A stretch of DNA of 29,955 nucleotides from Gemmatimonadaceae bacterium (GCA_040901985.1 JBBDYC010000003.1:124443-154397), one strand, 5' to 3'. Numbered from the stretch's first letter, positions 18,871 through 28,515 are shown. A program made the numbers and translations. The notes: a model not told the origin generated them from the sequence alone.

Positions 18871-20043
18871 ATGCTTCACTCTGAGCGGTTCAAACCCGGC
18901 GTCCCCGGGGAGGGGGCGGCCGTCGGAACCCTGCCGGCCGAACAGCTGGCGGCCTTTGCCGAGCCCGAGACCGACGTCGCGCTCTGGGCGATCGTCTTCG
19001 CCGGCGGCATCGGCTCGCGGTTCTGGCCACTGAGCACGCCGGAGCGGCCGAAGCCCCTGCTGGCGCTCGTCTCGGAGCAGACGCTGATCGAGGAGACGGT
19101 CGGCCGGCTCCAGCCGGCGATCCCGCCGGAGCGGGTACTGATCCTGACGAGCCGCGACATCGCGCCGGCAATCCGCTCGGTGACCCGCGACGTCCCCGAC
19201 GAGAACGTGCTGGTGGAACCGCGTCCCCTGGGCACGGCCGCCGCCCTCGCCTGGGGCGCGCAGGAACTCTCGCGCCGCGCCGGCCCGAGCGCGATGGCGG
19301 TGGCGGTGCACGCCGACCTCGCGGTGGATTACCCGGAGGAGTTGCGGCGCACGCTCCGGCGCGCGGCGGACATCGCGGCACGGGAGCGCGCGCTCGTCTC
19401 GGTCGGCATAAGGCCGACGCGCCCGGAGACGGGCTTCGGGTATGTGCTCCCCGGTTTGGCGCTCGACGCCGACCACCCGCTCGAGCGCGGCGGCGCGGCG
19501 CTCACCCGGTCGTACACCGAGAAGCCCAGCGAGCAGGCGGCGGAGGCGTTGATTGCCGCCGGCGCGCGCTGGCATTCGGGGATCGTCGTCGGGGCGGCGG
19601 GGACGTTCCTCCAGGAACTCGCGGCGCATACGGTGGAGGTGCGCGACGGCCTCGACGCCCTCGCAGCGGGGAATCTCCCGTCGTTCATCGGGATGGCGCG
19701 CCCGGCCTCGCTCGAGCGCGGGCTCCTCGAGCGCACCGACCGGTTGCTCGTGGTGCAGGGCGACTTCGGCTGGGACGATGTCGGTACCTGGGCCTCGCTC
19801 CGGCGCGCGCGCGACCTCGACGACGACGGCAACGGCGCCATCGGCAGCGCCCACTTCGTGGACGCCGAGTGCAACGTTGTGCACAGCGAGCGGGGGACGG
19901 TGGTGATCTACGGCGTCTCGCGGATGCTTGTCGTCACGCTCGACGGCCTCACCTTCGTCACCTCGCTCGATCGCGCGACGGACCTCAACACGCTCCTCGA
20001 CGCGCTGCCGGGCTCGATGCGGATCCATCCCGGCGGCCCGTGA
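18871..20043 (+). CDS. manC: Mannose-1-phosphate guanylyltransferase (monofunctional, no cupin/PMI domain)
   Basis: AGGIGSRFWPLSTPERPKPLL, EPRPLGTA, HAD, GIRPTRPETGFGY, EKP and GWDDVGTW, plus a C-terminal beta-helix. Confidence 0.88.
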   Translation: MLHSERFKPGVPGEGAAVGTLPAEQLAAFAEPETDVALWAIVFAGGIGSRFWPLSTPERPKPLLALVSEQTLIEETVGRLQPAIPPERVLILTSRDIAPAIRSVTRDVPDENVLVEPRPLGTAAALAWGAQELSRRAGPSAMAVAVHADLAVDYPEELRRTLRRAADIAARERALVSVGIRPTRPETGFGYVLPGLALDADHPLERGGAALTRSYTEKPSEQAAEALIAAGARWHSGIVVGAAGTFLQELAAHTVEVRDGLDALAAGNLPSFIGMARPASLERGLLERTDRLLVVQGDFGWDDVGTWASLRRARDLDDDGNGAIGSAHFVDAECNVVHSERGTVVIYGVSRMLVVTLDGLTFVTSLDRATDLNTLLDALPGSMRIHPGGP

Positions 20044-21245
20044 CGCCGTCGGCGGCCATCGCTGAGGCGCAGCTCGAGCGCTGGCGTGCCGAGACGCCGG
20101 GCGTGGCCGGGCGCGCGCACCTGAACAACGCCGGTGCCGCGTTGCCGCCGACGGTGGTCACCGAGGCGATGACGGCGCACCTGGCGCGCGAGGCGACGAT
20201 CGGCGGCTACGAGGCGGCCGACGAGGCCGCCGACGCGATCACCGACACGTACGACGCCCTCGCGGAACTCCTGCACGCGGCGCCACGCAACATCGCCATA
20301 GTCACCTCGGCCACGCACGCCTTTGGGCAGGCCCTCGCGGCGGTGACGCTGGACCGCGGCGACCGGATTGTCACCTCGCAGGACGACTACGTCTCGAACC
20401 AGTTGATGTACCTCTCGCTCGCCGCGCGGCGTGGGGTGCGGTTCGTCCGCGTGCCCGACGCCCCGGAAGGTGGGATGGACCTCGGTGCATTCCGCGAGAC
20501 GCTGCGGCGCGAGCGCCCACGACTGGTGGCGCTCAGTTGGATCCCGACCAGCGGCGGCGTCGTCCAGCCGGCGGCGGAGGTGGGGGCGATCTGCGCGGCC
20601 GAAGGGGTGCCGTACCTGCTCGACGCCTGTCAGGCCGTCGGGCAGCTCGACGTGGACCTCGGCGCGTTGCGCTGCGACTACCTCGCGACCACCGCCCGGA
20701 AGTTCCTGCGCGGTCCGCGCGGGATCGGCGTGCTCGCGGTGAGCGACGCCGCCCTTGCCCGCGGTGACGCGCCGGTCCTGCTTGACATGCGCGGCGCGCA
20801 ATGGACCGCCGCCGACGCCTACGCGCTGGCCGAGGACGCGCGGCGGTTCGAGCAGTGGGAGTTCCCGTACGCGCTGGTGCTCGGGCTCGGCGCGGCCGCC
20901 CGCTACGCGCTCGACGTCGGCGTGGCCGCGGGGGGCGCGGGGGCCCACGCGCGCGCCGCGCGCGCCGGCGCGCTCCTCGCCGCGATCCCCGGCGTGCGGT
21001 CGCTCGACCACGGCGCCCGGCAGTCGGCGATTGCGACATTCGCGGTGGAGGGGCAGGACGCGCGGGAGGTTGTCCTCGCACTGCGGGCGCAGGGGATCAA
21101 CACCAGTGCGCAGGGTCGGAGCGACGCGTTGATCGCGCTCGACCGCGCGGGGGCGACCTCACTCCTCCGGGTCTCGCCGCACTACTACAACACGGACGCC
21201 GAGGTAGCCCGCTGCTCCGACGCCCTCAGGGCGCTGTTGGGCTAG
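20040..21245 (+). CDS. Aminotransferase class V-fold PLP-dependent enzyme
   Basis: HLNNAGA, DACQAVGQ, TARKFLRGPRGIG (PLP lysine) and RVSPHYYNT. The GTG start overlaps the manC stop. Confidence 0.9.
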   Translation: MTPSAAIAEAQLERWRAETPGVAGRAHLNNAGAALPPTVVTEAMTAHLAREATIGGYEAADEAADAITDTYDALAELLHAAPRNIAIVTSATHAFGQALAAVTLDRGDRIVTSQDDYVSNQLMYLSLAARRGVRFVRVPDAPEGGMDLGAFRETLRRERPRLVALSWIPTSGGVVQPAAEVGAICAAEGVPYLLDACQAVGQLDVDLGALRCDYLATTARKFLRGPRGIGVLAVSDAALARGDAPVLLDMRGAQWTAADAYALAEDARRFEQWEFPYALVLGLGAAARYALDVGVAAGGAGAHARAARAGALLAAIPGVRSLDHGARQSAIATFAVEGQDAREVVLALRAQGINTSAQGRSDALIALDRAGATSLLRVSPHYYNTDAEVARCSDALRALLG

Positions 21246-21795
21246 GGTCCCCTTCCGGGGGCTTCTGCGTCGCCATCCACCAGAGGAGCCGCGCCGCGAG
21301 CACGGTCGAGGCGACGACCGCGCACCAACCGACGAAGCGCGTGAAGCGCGCCAGCGCGAGGTCCTGCTTGAGCAACCCGGCGCGGCCGAGGAGGTAGTGC
21401 CAGTCGTGGCCGCCGCCGTCGGGGGAAAAACTGACGAGGTCGAGGTCCTGCGCCCGCGCGTCTGCCACGTACCACGAGAGGTCGCCGAGGCTGGAGGCGA
21501 GGAAGAGGCCGCAGATCGCCACGCCGAACCAGTCCTTGCTCCGCGCGACGGCGACTGCGGCGCCGACCGGCACCAGCAACTGCATCAGGCTGCCGCCGGC
21601 GATCGTCATCCATTCGCCGAAGAAGGCGAAGGCGAGGTGGCCGAACTCGTGCGCGCCGAAGATGATGCCGGTGAAGAGATTCGCCTCGCCGAACTCGCGC
21701 AGCGGCCGCGTGGCCTGCACGAGCAGGAGGAGGAAGAGCGGCAGGCGCCAGTGCCACCAGCGGCCGGTCGCCCAGAGGCGCATCGCGTCGTGCAT
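21226..21795 (-). CDS. Hypothetical membrane protein with HExGH motif (M50-like metallopeptidase fold)
   Basis: HEFGHLAF, AGGSLMQLLVP, YVADARA and HDWHYLL; about 4 hydrophobic segments. Overlaps the 3' end of the convergent gene by 20 nt. Confidence 0.7.
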   Translation of the reverse strand: MHDAMRLWATGRWWHWRLPLFLLLLVQATRPLREFGEANLFTGIIFGAHEFGHLAFAFFGEWMTIAGGSLMQLLVPVGAAVAVARSKDWFGVAICGLFLASSLGDLSWYVADARAQDLDLVSFSPDGGGHDWHYLLGRAGLLKQDLALARFTRFVGWCAVVASTVLAARLLWWMATQKPPEGDPSPTAP

Positions 21796-21889
21796 CGGGC
21801 GAATCTACGGTCGGGCAGGCGCGGCCGGCGAGCGTTTGGCAGGGGCGCCGTCGCCTCCGGCGGCGGGCCGGGTATAGTATTCAAGAGCG

Positions 21890-24460
21890 ATGCGTCCCTC
21901 CCCCGCGTTCCGTCCGGGTCGCCGCCCGGTGATTGCGCTCGCCCTGCTCCTCGGGGCATCGAGCGCGTGCGACGACCCTGCGCGCCCCGTCCTTCACCCG
22001 GTCGCGCAGATCAACCTCGAGGCGCCCTCGCTCGAGCTCCGGCCGGGCCGGACGATGCTGCTGACCGCGCTGCCGCTGGACCACGCTGGCGAACCGGTGT
22101 CGGTCCCGGTGACTTGGTCGTCGGGCACGCCCAACCTGCTCACCGTCGAGCCGACCGGTCTGGTGCGCGCGCACGCGCCGGGGCAGGCGGTCGTGCGTGC
22201 CGCGGCCGGTCCGGTCGTCGCGCAGATTGTCCTCGACCTGATAAATCCACCGGCGGCGTCGCTCACCTTTGCGCAGGACTCGTTTTATCTCGTGCTGCCC
22301 GGAGGCGTGGCGGCTCTCCCGCTGAGCGCCGTGGACAGCGTCGGCGGCGTGCTGGTCGGGGCGGCGCCCACCTGGCGCTCATCGGCGCCGCGAATCGCCA
22401 CCGTCACGGCAGCTGGGGCCGTGACGCCCGTCGCCGTCGGTCGCGCCACGATTACCGCGTCGCTCGACGACCGACTGGCGGACGCCATCGTGATCGTGGA
22501 CGCCTCGGCGAGCGAGACGGCGCCGTTCGTGGCCGACGTGACGCCGGCGCTCGTGGTTCCCGGAACCCCGGTTGTGATCCGCGGCGAGCGCTTTGCATCC
22601 ACGCCCTCCGCCAACACCGTGCTGGTGGACGGCATCCCGCTCACCGTCACGGCGGCCTCGCCCCAGGAGCTGACGGCGGTGCTGCCGGCGGCCCATGGAC
22701 ACTGCCTGCCGACCGCCGCCGTGGCGCTGCAGGTGAGTACGGCGGGCGGGATCGGCGTGGCGCCGGTCACGCTGCGCGTCGCCCCGGAGCGCGAGCTGGC
22801 CGTCGGCGAAGCGCTCGTGCTTTCCACGGCGTCCGGGTCGGCGTGCAACGAGCTGGTAGCGAGTGACGGCCGGTACCTGCTGGCGATCTCGAACGCCGCC
22901 CGCGCCCTCGGCGCCGGACCGATTGGCGTCGCACTCGCGGGGCGGAGCGTCGGCGCGGAGCCCGCCGTCAGCGCGCCGCTGGCCCGCGCCGAGCAGCCGG
23001 CCGGCGCGCGGTGGGCGCCGGGCGCCGCCCGCACCCAGCGACGGCTCGCGGCGCACGGGACGCTGCTCCGGCAGACGCGCGACCACCTCGCTGCCGCCGT
23101 CGGGCTGGCCTCACCGCATCGCGAGCCCGACCCAATGCTGCAGGTCCCGGCCCTGAACGGGATCGTGCCGGTACGGATCCCCAATCTCGACACGCAGAAC
23201 TTCTGCCAGAACTTCCTGCCGATCAATGCGCGCGCGGTCTACATCGGCGCGCGCGTGGTCGTGCTCGAGGACACGAGCACGGTCATCGGTGGCGCGCCGA
23301 CGACGGCGGGGCAGATTGACCATCTGCTCGTCGCACTCGGCACCGAGGTGGAGACCGTCTTCTGGCCGATCGTCACGCGCTTCGGCAATCCCCTGGTGAT
23401 GGACAGTCGGCTCGACGACAACGGGCGGATCTTTCTCGTCTTCACGCCGCGAATGAACTTTCTCCGGCAAGGCGCCGTGCTCGGCGCCGTCGTGAGCTGC
23501 GACTTCTTTCCGCGCGCCCAGCTCGCGTCGAGCAACGTGGGCGAGGTCCTCTATGCCCAAGTCCCGATCATCGCCGATCCGGGGACGGGGCCGGGGACGC
23601 CGGACCGTTGGCGTCACGAGATCCGTGGCGTGATCGTGCACGAGATGAAGCACATCGTCTCGTACGCCGAGCGGATCGTGCGCGGGCAGCCGCTCGAGGA
23701 AGTCTGGCTGGAAGAGGCGACGGCGCGACACGCCGAGGAACTCTACGCGCGGGCGTTGCACGGCACCACGCAGGGCGACAACACGCCCTACAGCACCGGC
23801 ATCCGTTGCGAGGCGCTCTACGGGTTCCCGGCGCCCGGCTGCGATGACGACCCGCGGTCAATGCTGCCGCACTTCGAGGCCCTGTGGTCGTTCCTCGATG
23901 CGCCGGCTGCGCGCTCGCCGCTCGGCGGCGTGGACGCCGCCGACCTCTCGTTCTACGGCAGCGCCTGGGCGCTCACGCGCTGGGCGCTCGACCATCGCGG
24001 CGTCGCCGAGGACGACCTGTTCGCTGCATTCACCGTGGGTGGACTGACCGGCCTCGCCAATCTTGAGGCGCGCGCGGGCACGACGTGGGACGAGATGCTC
24101 GGCCGGTGGGCGCTGGCGATGATGGCCGATGATCGCGCCGGGTTCACGCCACACGAGGCGCGCCTCACGTTCCCGTCGTGGGACCTCACCGGGATCTTCG
24201 GCGGGCTCTGCCTCGATGTCGGACCGTGCGCCGGCGAGCCGCCTCGGCATCCGTACTTCAGCCGGCCGCACCCGCTGCGGTCCGATCAGCGCGCCGCCGG
24301 ACACTTCGACCTGAGCGTCGGCTCGATCCAGCCCGGCGGATTCCACGCGGTCGAGCTCCTCGAGGGTGGTGCCGGCCATCGGCAGCTCCTCCACCTCCGC
24401 GGCGTAGACGGCGCGCCGCTCCCGGCCACCGCGCGCCTCGCGATCCTGCGGGTCAACTAG
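21890..24460 (+). CDS. Lipoprotein with two Ig-like (Big_2) domains, an IPT/TIG domain and an HExxH metallopeptidase-like domain
   Basis: Signal ending GASSAC. Ig-like motifs VTWSS...LTVEPTGLV and TWRSS..IATV...G.VT.VAVG.ATITA. IPT motif V.IRGERF...PSANTV.VDG. Catalytic-like DDNGRI, VHEMKH and WLEEATA. Confidence 0.75.
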   Translation: MRPSPAFRPGRRPVIALALLLGASSACDDPARPVLHPVAQINLEAPSLELRPGRTMLLTALPLDHAGEPVSVPVTWSSGTPNLLTVEPTGLVRAHAPGQAVVRAAAGPVVAQIVLDLINPPAASLTFAQDSFYLVLPGGVAALPLSAVDSVGGVLVGAAPTWRSSAPRIATVTAAGAVTPVAVGRATITASLDDRLADAIVIVDASASETAPFVADVTPALVVPGTPVVIRGERFASTPSANTVLVDGIPLTVTAASPQELTAVLPAAHGHCLPTAAVALQVSTAGGIGVAPVTLRVAPERELAVGEALVLSTASGSACNELVASDGRYLLAISNAARALGAGPIGVALAGRSVGAEPAVSAPLARAEQPAGARWAPGAARTQRRLAAHGTLLRQTRDHLAAAVGLASPHREPDPMLQVPALNGIVPVRIPNLDTQNFCQNFLPINARAVYIGARVVVLEDTSTVIGGAPTTAGQIDHLLVALGTEVETVFWPIVTRFGNPLVMDSRLDDNGRIFLVFTPRMNFLRQGAVLGAVVSCDFFPRAQLASSNVGEVLYAQVPIIADPGTGPGTPDRWRHEIRGVIVHEMKHIVSYAERIVRGQPLEEVWLEEATARHAEELYARALHGTTQGDNTPYSTGIRCEALYGFPAPGCDDDPRSMLPHFEALWSFLDAPAARSPLGGVDAADLSFYGSAWALTRWALDHRGVAEDDLFAAFTVGGLTGLANLEARAGTTWDEMLGRWALAMMADDRAGFTPHEARLTFPSWDLTGIFGGLCLDVGPCAGEPPRHPYFSRPHPLRSDQRAAGHFDLSVGSIQPGGFHAVELLEGGAGHRQLLHLRGVDGAPLPATARLAILRVN

Positions 24461-24473
24461 CCGCTCGCTGCGC

Positions 24474-27020
24474 TCAGCTTTCGCGCAGCGCCGCCATCGG
24501 TGTTTCGCGGAAGACGTCGCGGCCGGTCAGGATGCCGATGGACACCGCGAGCACCGTCATCGCGGCGGCAATGCCAAGTGCCGGCAGGATTGCCACCGCA
24601 AAGGAGCTCTCGAAGACGAAGGTCACCAGCGCCCACGCGCCGACGAACGCCAGGAGCATTCCGCTGATGCTCCCGAGGAGCCCGAGCACGGCGTATTCGG
24701 CGAAGAGGATCCGTCCGATCTGCGCGCGTGTCGCGCCGAGCGTCTTGAGCAGGACGCCCTCACGGAGCCGGTCGCGCCGCGTCGCCGCCACCGCGCTGAA
24801 GAGCACCGGGATCCCCATCGCGAGACAGAACAGGGCGAGGAATCGCACCGTCAGCGTCACCTTGTCCACGATCCCGTCAATCGTCCGCCGGACCAGCGAG
24901 AGGTCAATGCTCGACACGTTCGGGAAGCGGACCACCGCCTCGCGCTGGAGCCGCGCCACCGCGGTATCGCTTGCGACGGCCGCGATGGTCACGAACTGCT
25001 TGGGCGCCTGGGCGATCGCCGCCGGCTGGAAGACGGCAAAGAAGTTCGGCTCGAAACGTCCCCAGTCCACCTCGCGGATGCTGGTGAGGACGGTGCGGAC
25101 GCGCACGCCCTGCACGTCCCACTCGACGGTGTCGCCCAGCGCGACCTTCAGCTCGGCGGTGATGTCGCGCTCGAGCGAGACCTCGAACACCTCGGCGCCG
25201 GCCGGCGCGGGGCCGAACCATTCGCCGCTGACCAGCGTCTCCGTCGGCACCATCGCGTCGCGGTAGGTGGAGCGGTACTCGCGGCGGAGGGCCCAGTTGC
25301 GCGGCGACGTCCCGCTCCGCCGCGCCCAGCCGACCACGTCGAGTCCATTCACGCCGGCGACGCGCATTGTCACGATCGGCGTGCCGGAGACGAGCTCGTG
25401 TCCGGCGTCGGTGATCAACGCGTCGAGTCCGGGGACCTGGTCTTCCTGCACGTCGAAGAAGACGAGGTTGCCGCGCGAGGCGGCGGCGGTGAGGTCGAAC
25501 GACCGCAGGAGGTTGGCTTGGACGAGCACGATCGTCGTGACGAGGAACGAGCCGAAGCCCAGCGCCAGCACGACGGCGCGCATCTGGCTGGCCGGCCGGT
25601 AGAGATTGGCGATCCCCTGGCGGATGACGTAGGGCCAGCGCGCCGACACGAGGCGTCGGGCGAGCCGGGAGACGAGCGCGGCGCTCGCCCAGAGGAGCGC
25701 AATGCTCCCGAAGACGCCAACGGCGAAGGTCATCCCTTGCTGGAGCGACTCGGCGCGGTCGAGCGCGAGGCCGAGGATGCTGGCGACGAGGGCGAGGTTG
25801 GTGACGTGCGTGGCCGAGTCGCGGCGGCGCGACGCGGTCAGGGCGGCGTCGTCGCGACGGATTGCCTGCAGCGGGGAGACGCGGCGGAGGACGAGGAGCG
25901 GCCGGAGGGCGAAGACGATCGCCACCCAGACGCCGATCGCGAGGCCGAGGAGGATCGCCGATGGCACGAGCGTCACCTGCACGTCCACCGGGAGGAAGTC
26001 GCCGAGGACCAGCGGCAGGCCGAACTGGATGCCGATGCCGAGGAGCGCACCCGCCGCCGCGCCGACGAACCCCATCGCCACCGCCTGTACGAGGTAGATC
26101 GTCAGCACCTGGGCGCTCGACGCGCCGAGGCAGCGGAGCACCGCGACCGTCTCGATCTTGCCCTGCACGAACGCGTTCACGCCGCTGGCGACGCCGATCC
26201 CGCCGAGGAGGAGCGCGATCAACCCGACCACACTGAGGAATCGCGCCAACTGGGCGATCGCGTCGGTGAGGTCCATCTCGTTCTCGACGACGGTGCGGAT
26301 GCGGACATTCCCGGCCGTGAAGCGCGGCCGGAGCGGTGCTACCCACATCGCGGGTTTCGTCCCCTCGGGGAGCTTGACGACCGCCTCGTATTCGGCACGG
26401 CTGCCGAGGCCGAGCAGCTGGGTCTCCGCGACGTAGCGCTCGGGAATGAAGACCCGCGGTCCGATCGTCGCCGCGATTCCCGGGTCCCCCGGGATGTCAA
26501 TGAGCGTGGCCCGGATCACGAACCGCGCGTACCCGATCGTCAGCGTGTCGCCCACCCGCGCGTCGAGGGAAATCAGCAGCGACGGGTCCACGTACGCGTT
26601 CGGTCCGGACTGGAGGTCGTCCCAGAGTCCGGCCGGCTCGGTGACGACGGTGCCGTAGAACGGATAGCCCGACTCGACGGCGCGGATCTGGGCGAGCCGG
26701 GTGCCGGTGGATGGGAGCGCCGTGGCCATTGACGCGAAGCTGGTGATCTTCGCCGACGGGATGCCGGCACCGGCGAGCGAGTCGAGCAACGAGTCGAGAG
26801 CCGGGGTGAAGCCCTGGCGTGCGCGCAGGTTCAGGTCGCCGCCGAGGAGGGCGCGCGACTGCTCACGGATCGAGCCCTGGACGTTCTCGGCAAAGGAGTC
26901 AATCGCGACGAGCGCCGCGACGCCGAGCGAGATCGAGCTCATATAGAGCAGGAGCCGCCGGCGGGCCGTGCGGCTCTCGCGCCAGGCGAGGCGGAAGAGG
27001 ATGCCCGGGCCGGCGCTCAC
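24474..27020 (-). CDS. ybbP: ABC transporter permease YbbP (FtsX/MacB-like)
   Basis: RLAWRESR, LLGGDL, YPFYG, AVLRCLGAS, FFDVQ, RREYRSTY, REVDW..F.PNF and LKTLGA; 848 aa with two permease halves. Confidence 0.92.
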   Translation of the reverse strand: MSAGPGILFRLAWRESRTARRRLLLYMSSISLGVAALVAIDSFAENVQGSIREQSRALLGGDLNLRARQGFTPALDSLLDSLAGAGIPSAKITSFASMATALPSTGTRLAQIRAVESGYPFYGTVVTEPAGLWDDLQSGPNAYVDPSLLISLDARVGDTLTIGYARFVIRATLIDIPGDPGIAATIGPRVFIPERYVAETQLLGLGSRAEYEAVVKLPEGTKPAMWVAPLRPRFTAGNVRIRTVVENEMDLTDAIAQLARFLSVVGLIALLLGGIGVASGVNAFVQGKIETVAVLRCLGASSAQVLTIYLVQAVAMGFVGAAAGALLGIGIQFGLPLVLGDFLPVDVQVTLVPSAILLGLAIGVWVAIVFALRPLLVLRRVSPLQAIRRDDAALTASRRRDSATHVTNLALVASILGLALDRAESLQQGMTFAVGVFGSIALLWASAALVSRLARRLVSARWPYVIRQGIANLYRPASQMRAVVLALGFGSFLVTTIVLVQANLLRSFDLTAAASRGNLVFFDVQEDQVPGLDALITDAGHELVSGTPIVTMRVAGVNGLDVVGWARRSGTSPRNWALRREYRSTYRDAMVPTETLVSGEWFGPAPAGAEVFEVSLERDITAELKVALGDTVEWDVQGVRVRTVLTSIREVDWGRFEPNFFAVFQPAAIAQAPKQFVTIAAVASDTAVARLQREAVVRFPNVSSIDLSLVRRTIDGIVDKVTLTVRFLALFCLAMGIPVLFSAVAATRRDRLREGVLLKTLGATRAQIGRILFAEYAVLGLLGSISGMLLAFVGAWALVTFVFESSFAVAILPALGIAAAMTVLAVSIGILTGRDVFRETPMAALRES

Positions 27021-27700
27021 GCGCCGCCCTGGCCGGCGCGGTCCTCCACCACCACGCCGTCACGGAGCCGGATCACGCGCTGGGCGTGTTCGGCGAGCGC
27101 GAGGTCGTGCGTGACGATGACCACCGTGGCACCCGACTCGCGATTGAGCTGGTCGAGCAGGGCGACGATCCGCGCGCCGGTGGCGCCGTCGAGATTCCCC
27201 GTCGGCTCGTCGGCGAAGAGGATCCGCGGCTCGTTGGCAAAGGCGCGCGCGATCGCCACGCGCTGCTGTTCGCCGCCCGAGAGCTGTTGGGGAAAATGCC
27301 CTGTGCGGTCCCCGAGCCCGATCCGCGTCAGCAGGTCGTACGCGCGCTCGGTTGCGTCCAGCGTGCCCCGCAGTTCCATTGGGACCTGGACATTCTCGGC
27401 CGCGGTGAGGGTCGGAATGAGTTGAAAGCTCTGGAAGATGAAGCCAACTTTCTCTCCCCGGAGCTTGGCCCGGGCATCCTCGTCGAGCCGCGTGAGGTCG
27501 GCGCCGTCGAGGACGACCGCACCACGGGACGGCTGGTCGAGTCCCGCCAGCAGGCCGAGCAGCGTGGTCTTTCCGCTTCCGGAGGGACCGACGATGGCGA
27601 CAAACGCGCCCTGCGGGATGTCGAACGTGACATCGCGGAGGACGGCCAGGGTGGACGTCCCACTCCGGTATTCCTTGGTCAACTCACGGGCAACGAGCAT
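27017..27700 (-). CDS. ybbA: ABC transporter ATP-binding protein YbbA
   Basis: GPSGSGKTT, GFIFQSFQLIPTLTA.ENV, LSGGEQQRVAIARAF, FADEPTGNLD and VTHD. Confidence 0.93.
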   Translation of the reverse strand: MLVARELTKEYRSGTSTLAVLRDVTFDIPQGAFVAIVGPSGSGKTTLLGLLAGLDQPSRGAVVLDGADLTRLDEDARAKLRGEKVGFIFQSFQLIPTLTAAENVQVPMELRGTLDATERAYDLLTRIGLGDRTGHFPQQLSGGEQQRVAIARAFANEPRILFADEPTGNLDGATGARIVALLDQLNRESGATVVIVTHDLALAEHAQRVIRLRDGVVVEDRAGQGGA

Positions 27701-28427
27701 GCGGATGCGTACGGAAGGGAGGATACGGAAGTGTCGGGTCGCCGTCGCGGTCGTGTCGTTGGCCGCGTGCGGAGGGTCGGAGACAAAGCCGGCCGCCGAT
27801 CCGCAGGTTCCGGTGGAATCAACAGCCGTGGCCGCCGCCGAGGCAACCGGCATCCGCGTCCTCTTTGTCGGCACGAGCCTCACTGCCGGCCTCGGCCTCG
27901 ACCCGGACTCGGCGTATCCGGCGATCCTCCAGCGCACCGCCGACGAGAACGGGCTTCAGGTGACGATGGTGAACGCCGGCCTCTCAGGAGAGACGTCGGC
28001 CGGCGCGCTGCGGCGGATTGACTGGCTCCTCCGCGACCGCGCCGACGTCGTGGTGCTCGAAACCGGTGCCAACGACGGCCTGCGCGGCCTCAACCCCGAC
28101 AGCACGCGCGCCAATCTCGTGGCCATCATCCGCAAGGTGCGTGCGGCCGACCCCCAGACGCGGATCCTGCTGGCCCAGATGGAGGCGCCGCGCAACCTCG
28201 GCGCGCGCTACACGCGGGACTTCCGCGACACGTTCCTGGCGGTGGCGCAGGACGAGGCGGTGACGCTGATCCCGTTCTTCCTCGTCGGTGTGGCGGCGGT
28301 CGCGGCGATGAATCAGTCGGACGGAATCCATCCGAACGAGGCGGGCGCGCGCCGCGCGGCCCGGAATATGTGGAAGGCGCTCTTCCCCGTGCTGCGGCAG
28401 GTGCCGGGCGCAATCCGGGTCCGTTGA
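27699..28427 (+). CDS. tesA: SGNH arylesterase / acyl-CoA thioesterase I (TesA-like), probable lipoprotein
   Basis: GTSLTAG (block I), NAGLSGETSAG, LETGANDGLRG and DGIHPN. Signal ending SLAAC. Divergent from ybbA as in E. coli. Alternative start at ATG 27705. Confidence 0.9.
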   Translation: MRMRTEGRIRKCRVAVAVVSLAACGGSETKPAADPQVPVESTAVAAAEATGIRVLFVGTSLTAGLGLDPDSAYPAILQRTADENGLQVTMVNAGLSGETSAGALRRIDWLLRDRADVVVLETGANDGLRGLNPDSTRANLVAIIRKVRAADPQTRILLAQMEAPRNLGARYTRDFRDTFLAVAQDEAVTLIPFFLVGVAAVAAMNQSDGIHPNEAGARRAARNMWKALFPVLRQVPGAIRVR

Positions 28428-28452
28428 CCGAGGGCCTTGATGGGTGTAAACT
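28424..28452 (+). promoter_or_regulatory. Sigma70-type promoter of efp
   Basis: TTGACC-17 nt-TAAACT; the -35 box overlaps the tesA stop codon. Confidence 0.7.
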
Positions 28453-28515
28453 TCAAGGCTGTCAACGTTTTAGCGCACTTCTCGGTTCCTTCTTCACCCG
28501 CTTTCGTCCCGACCT

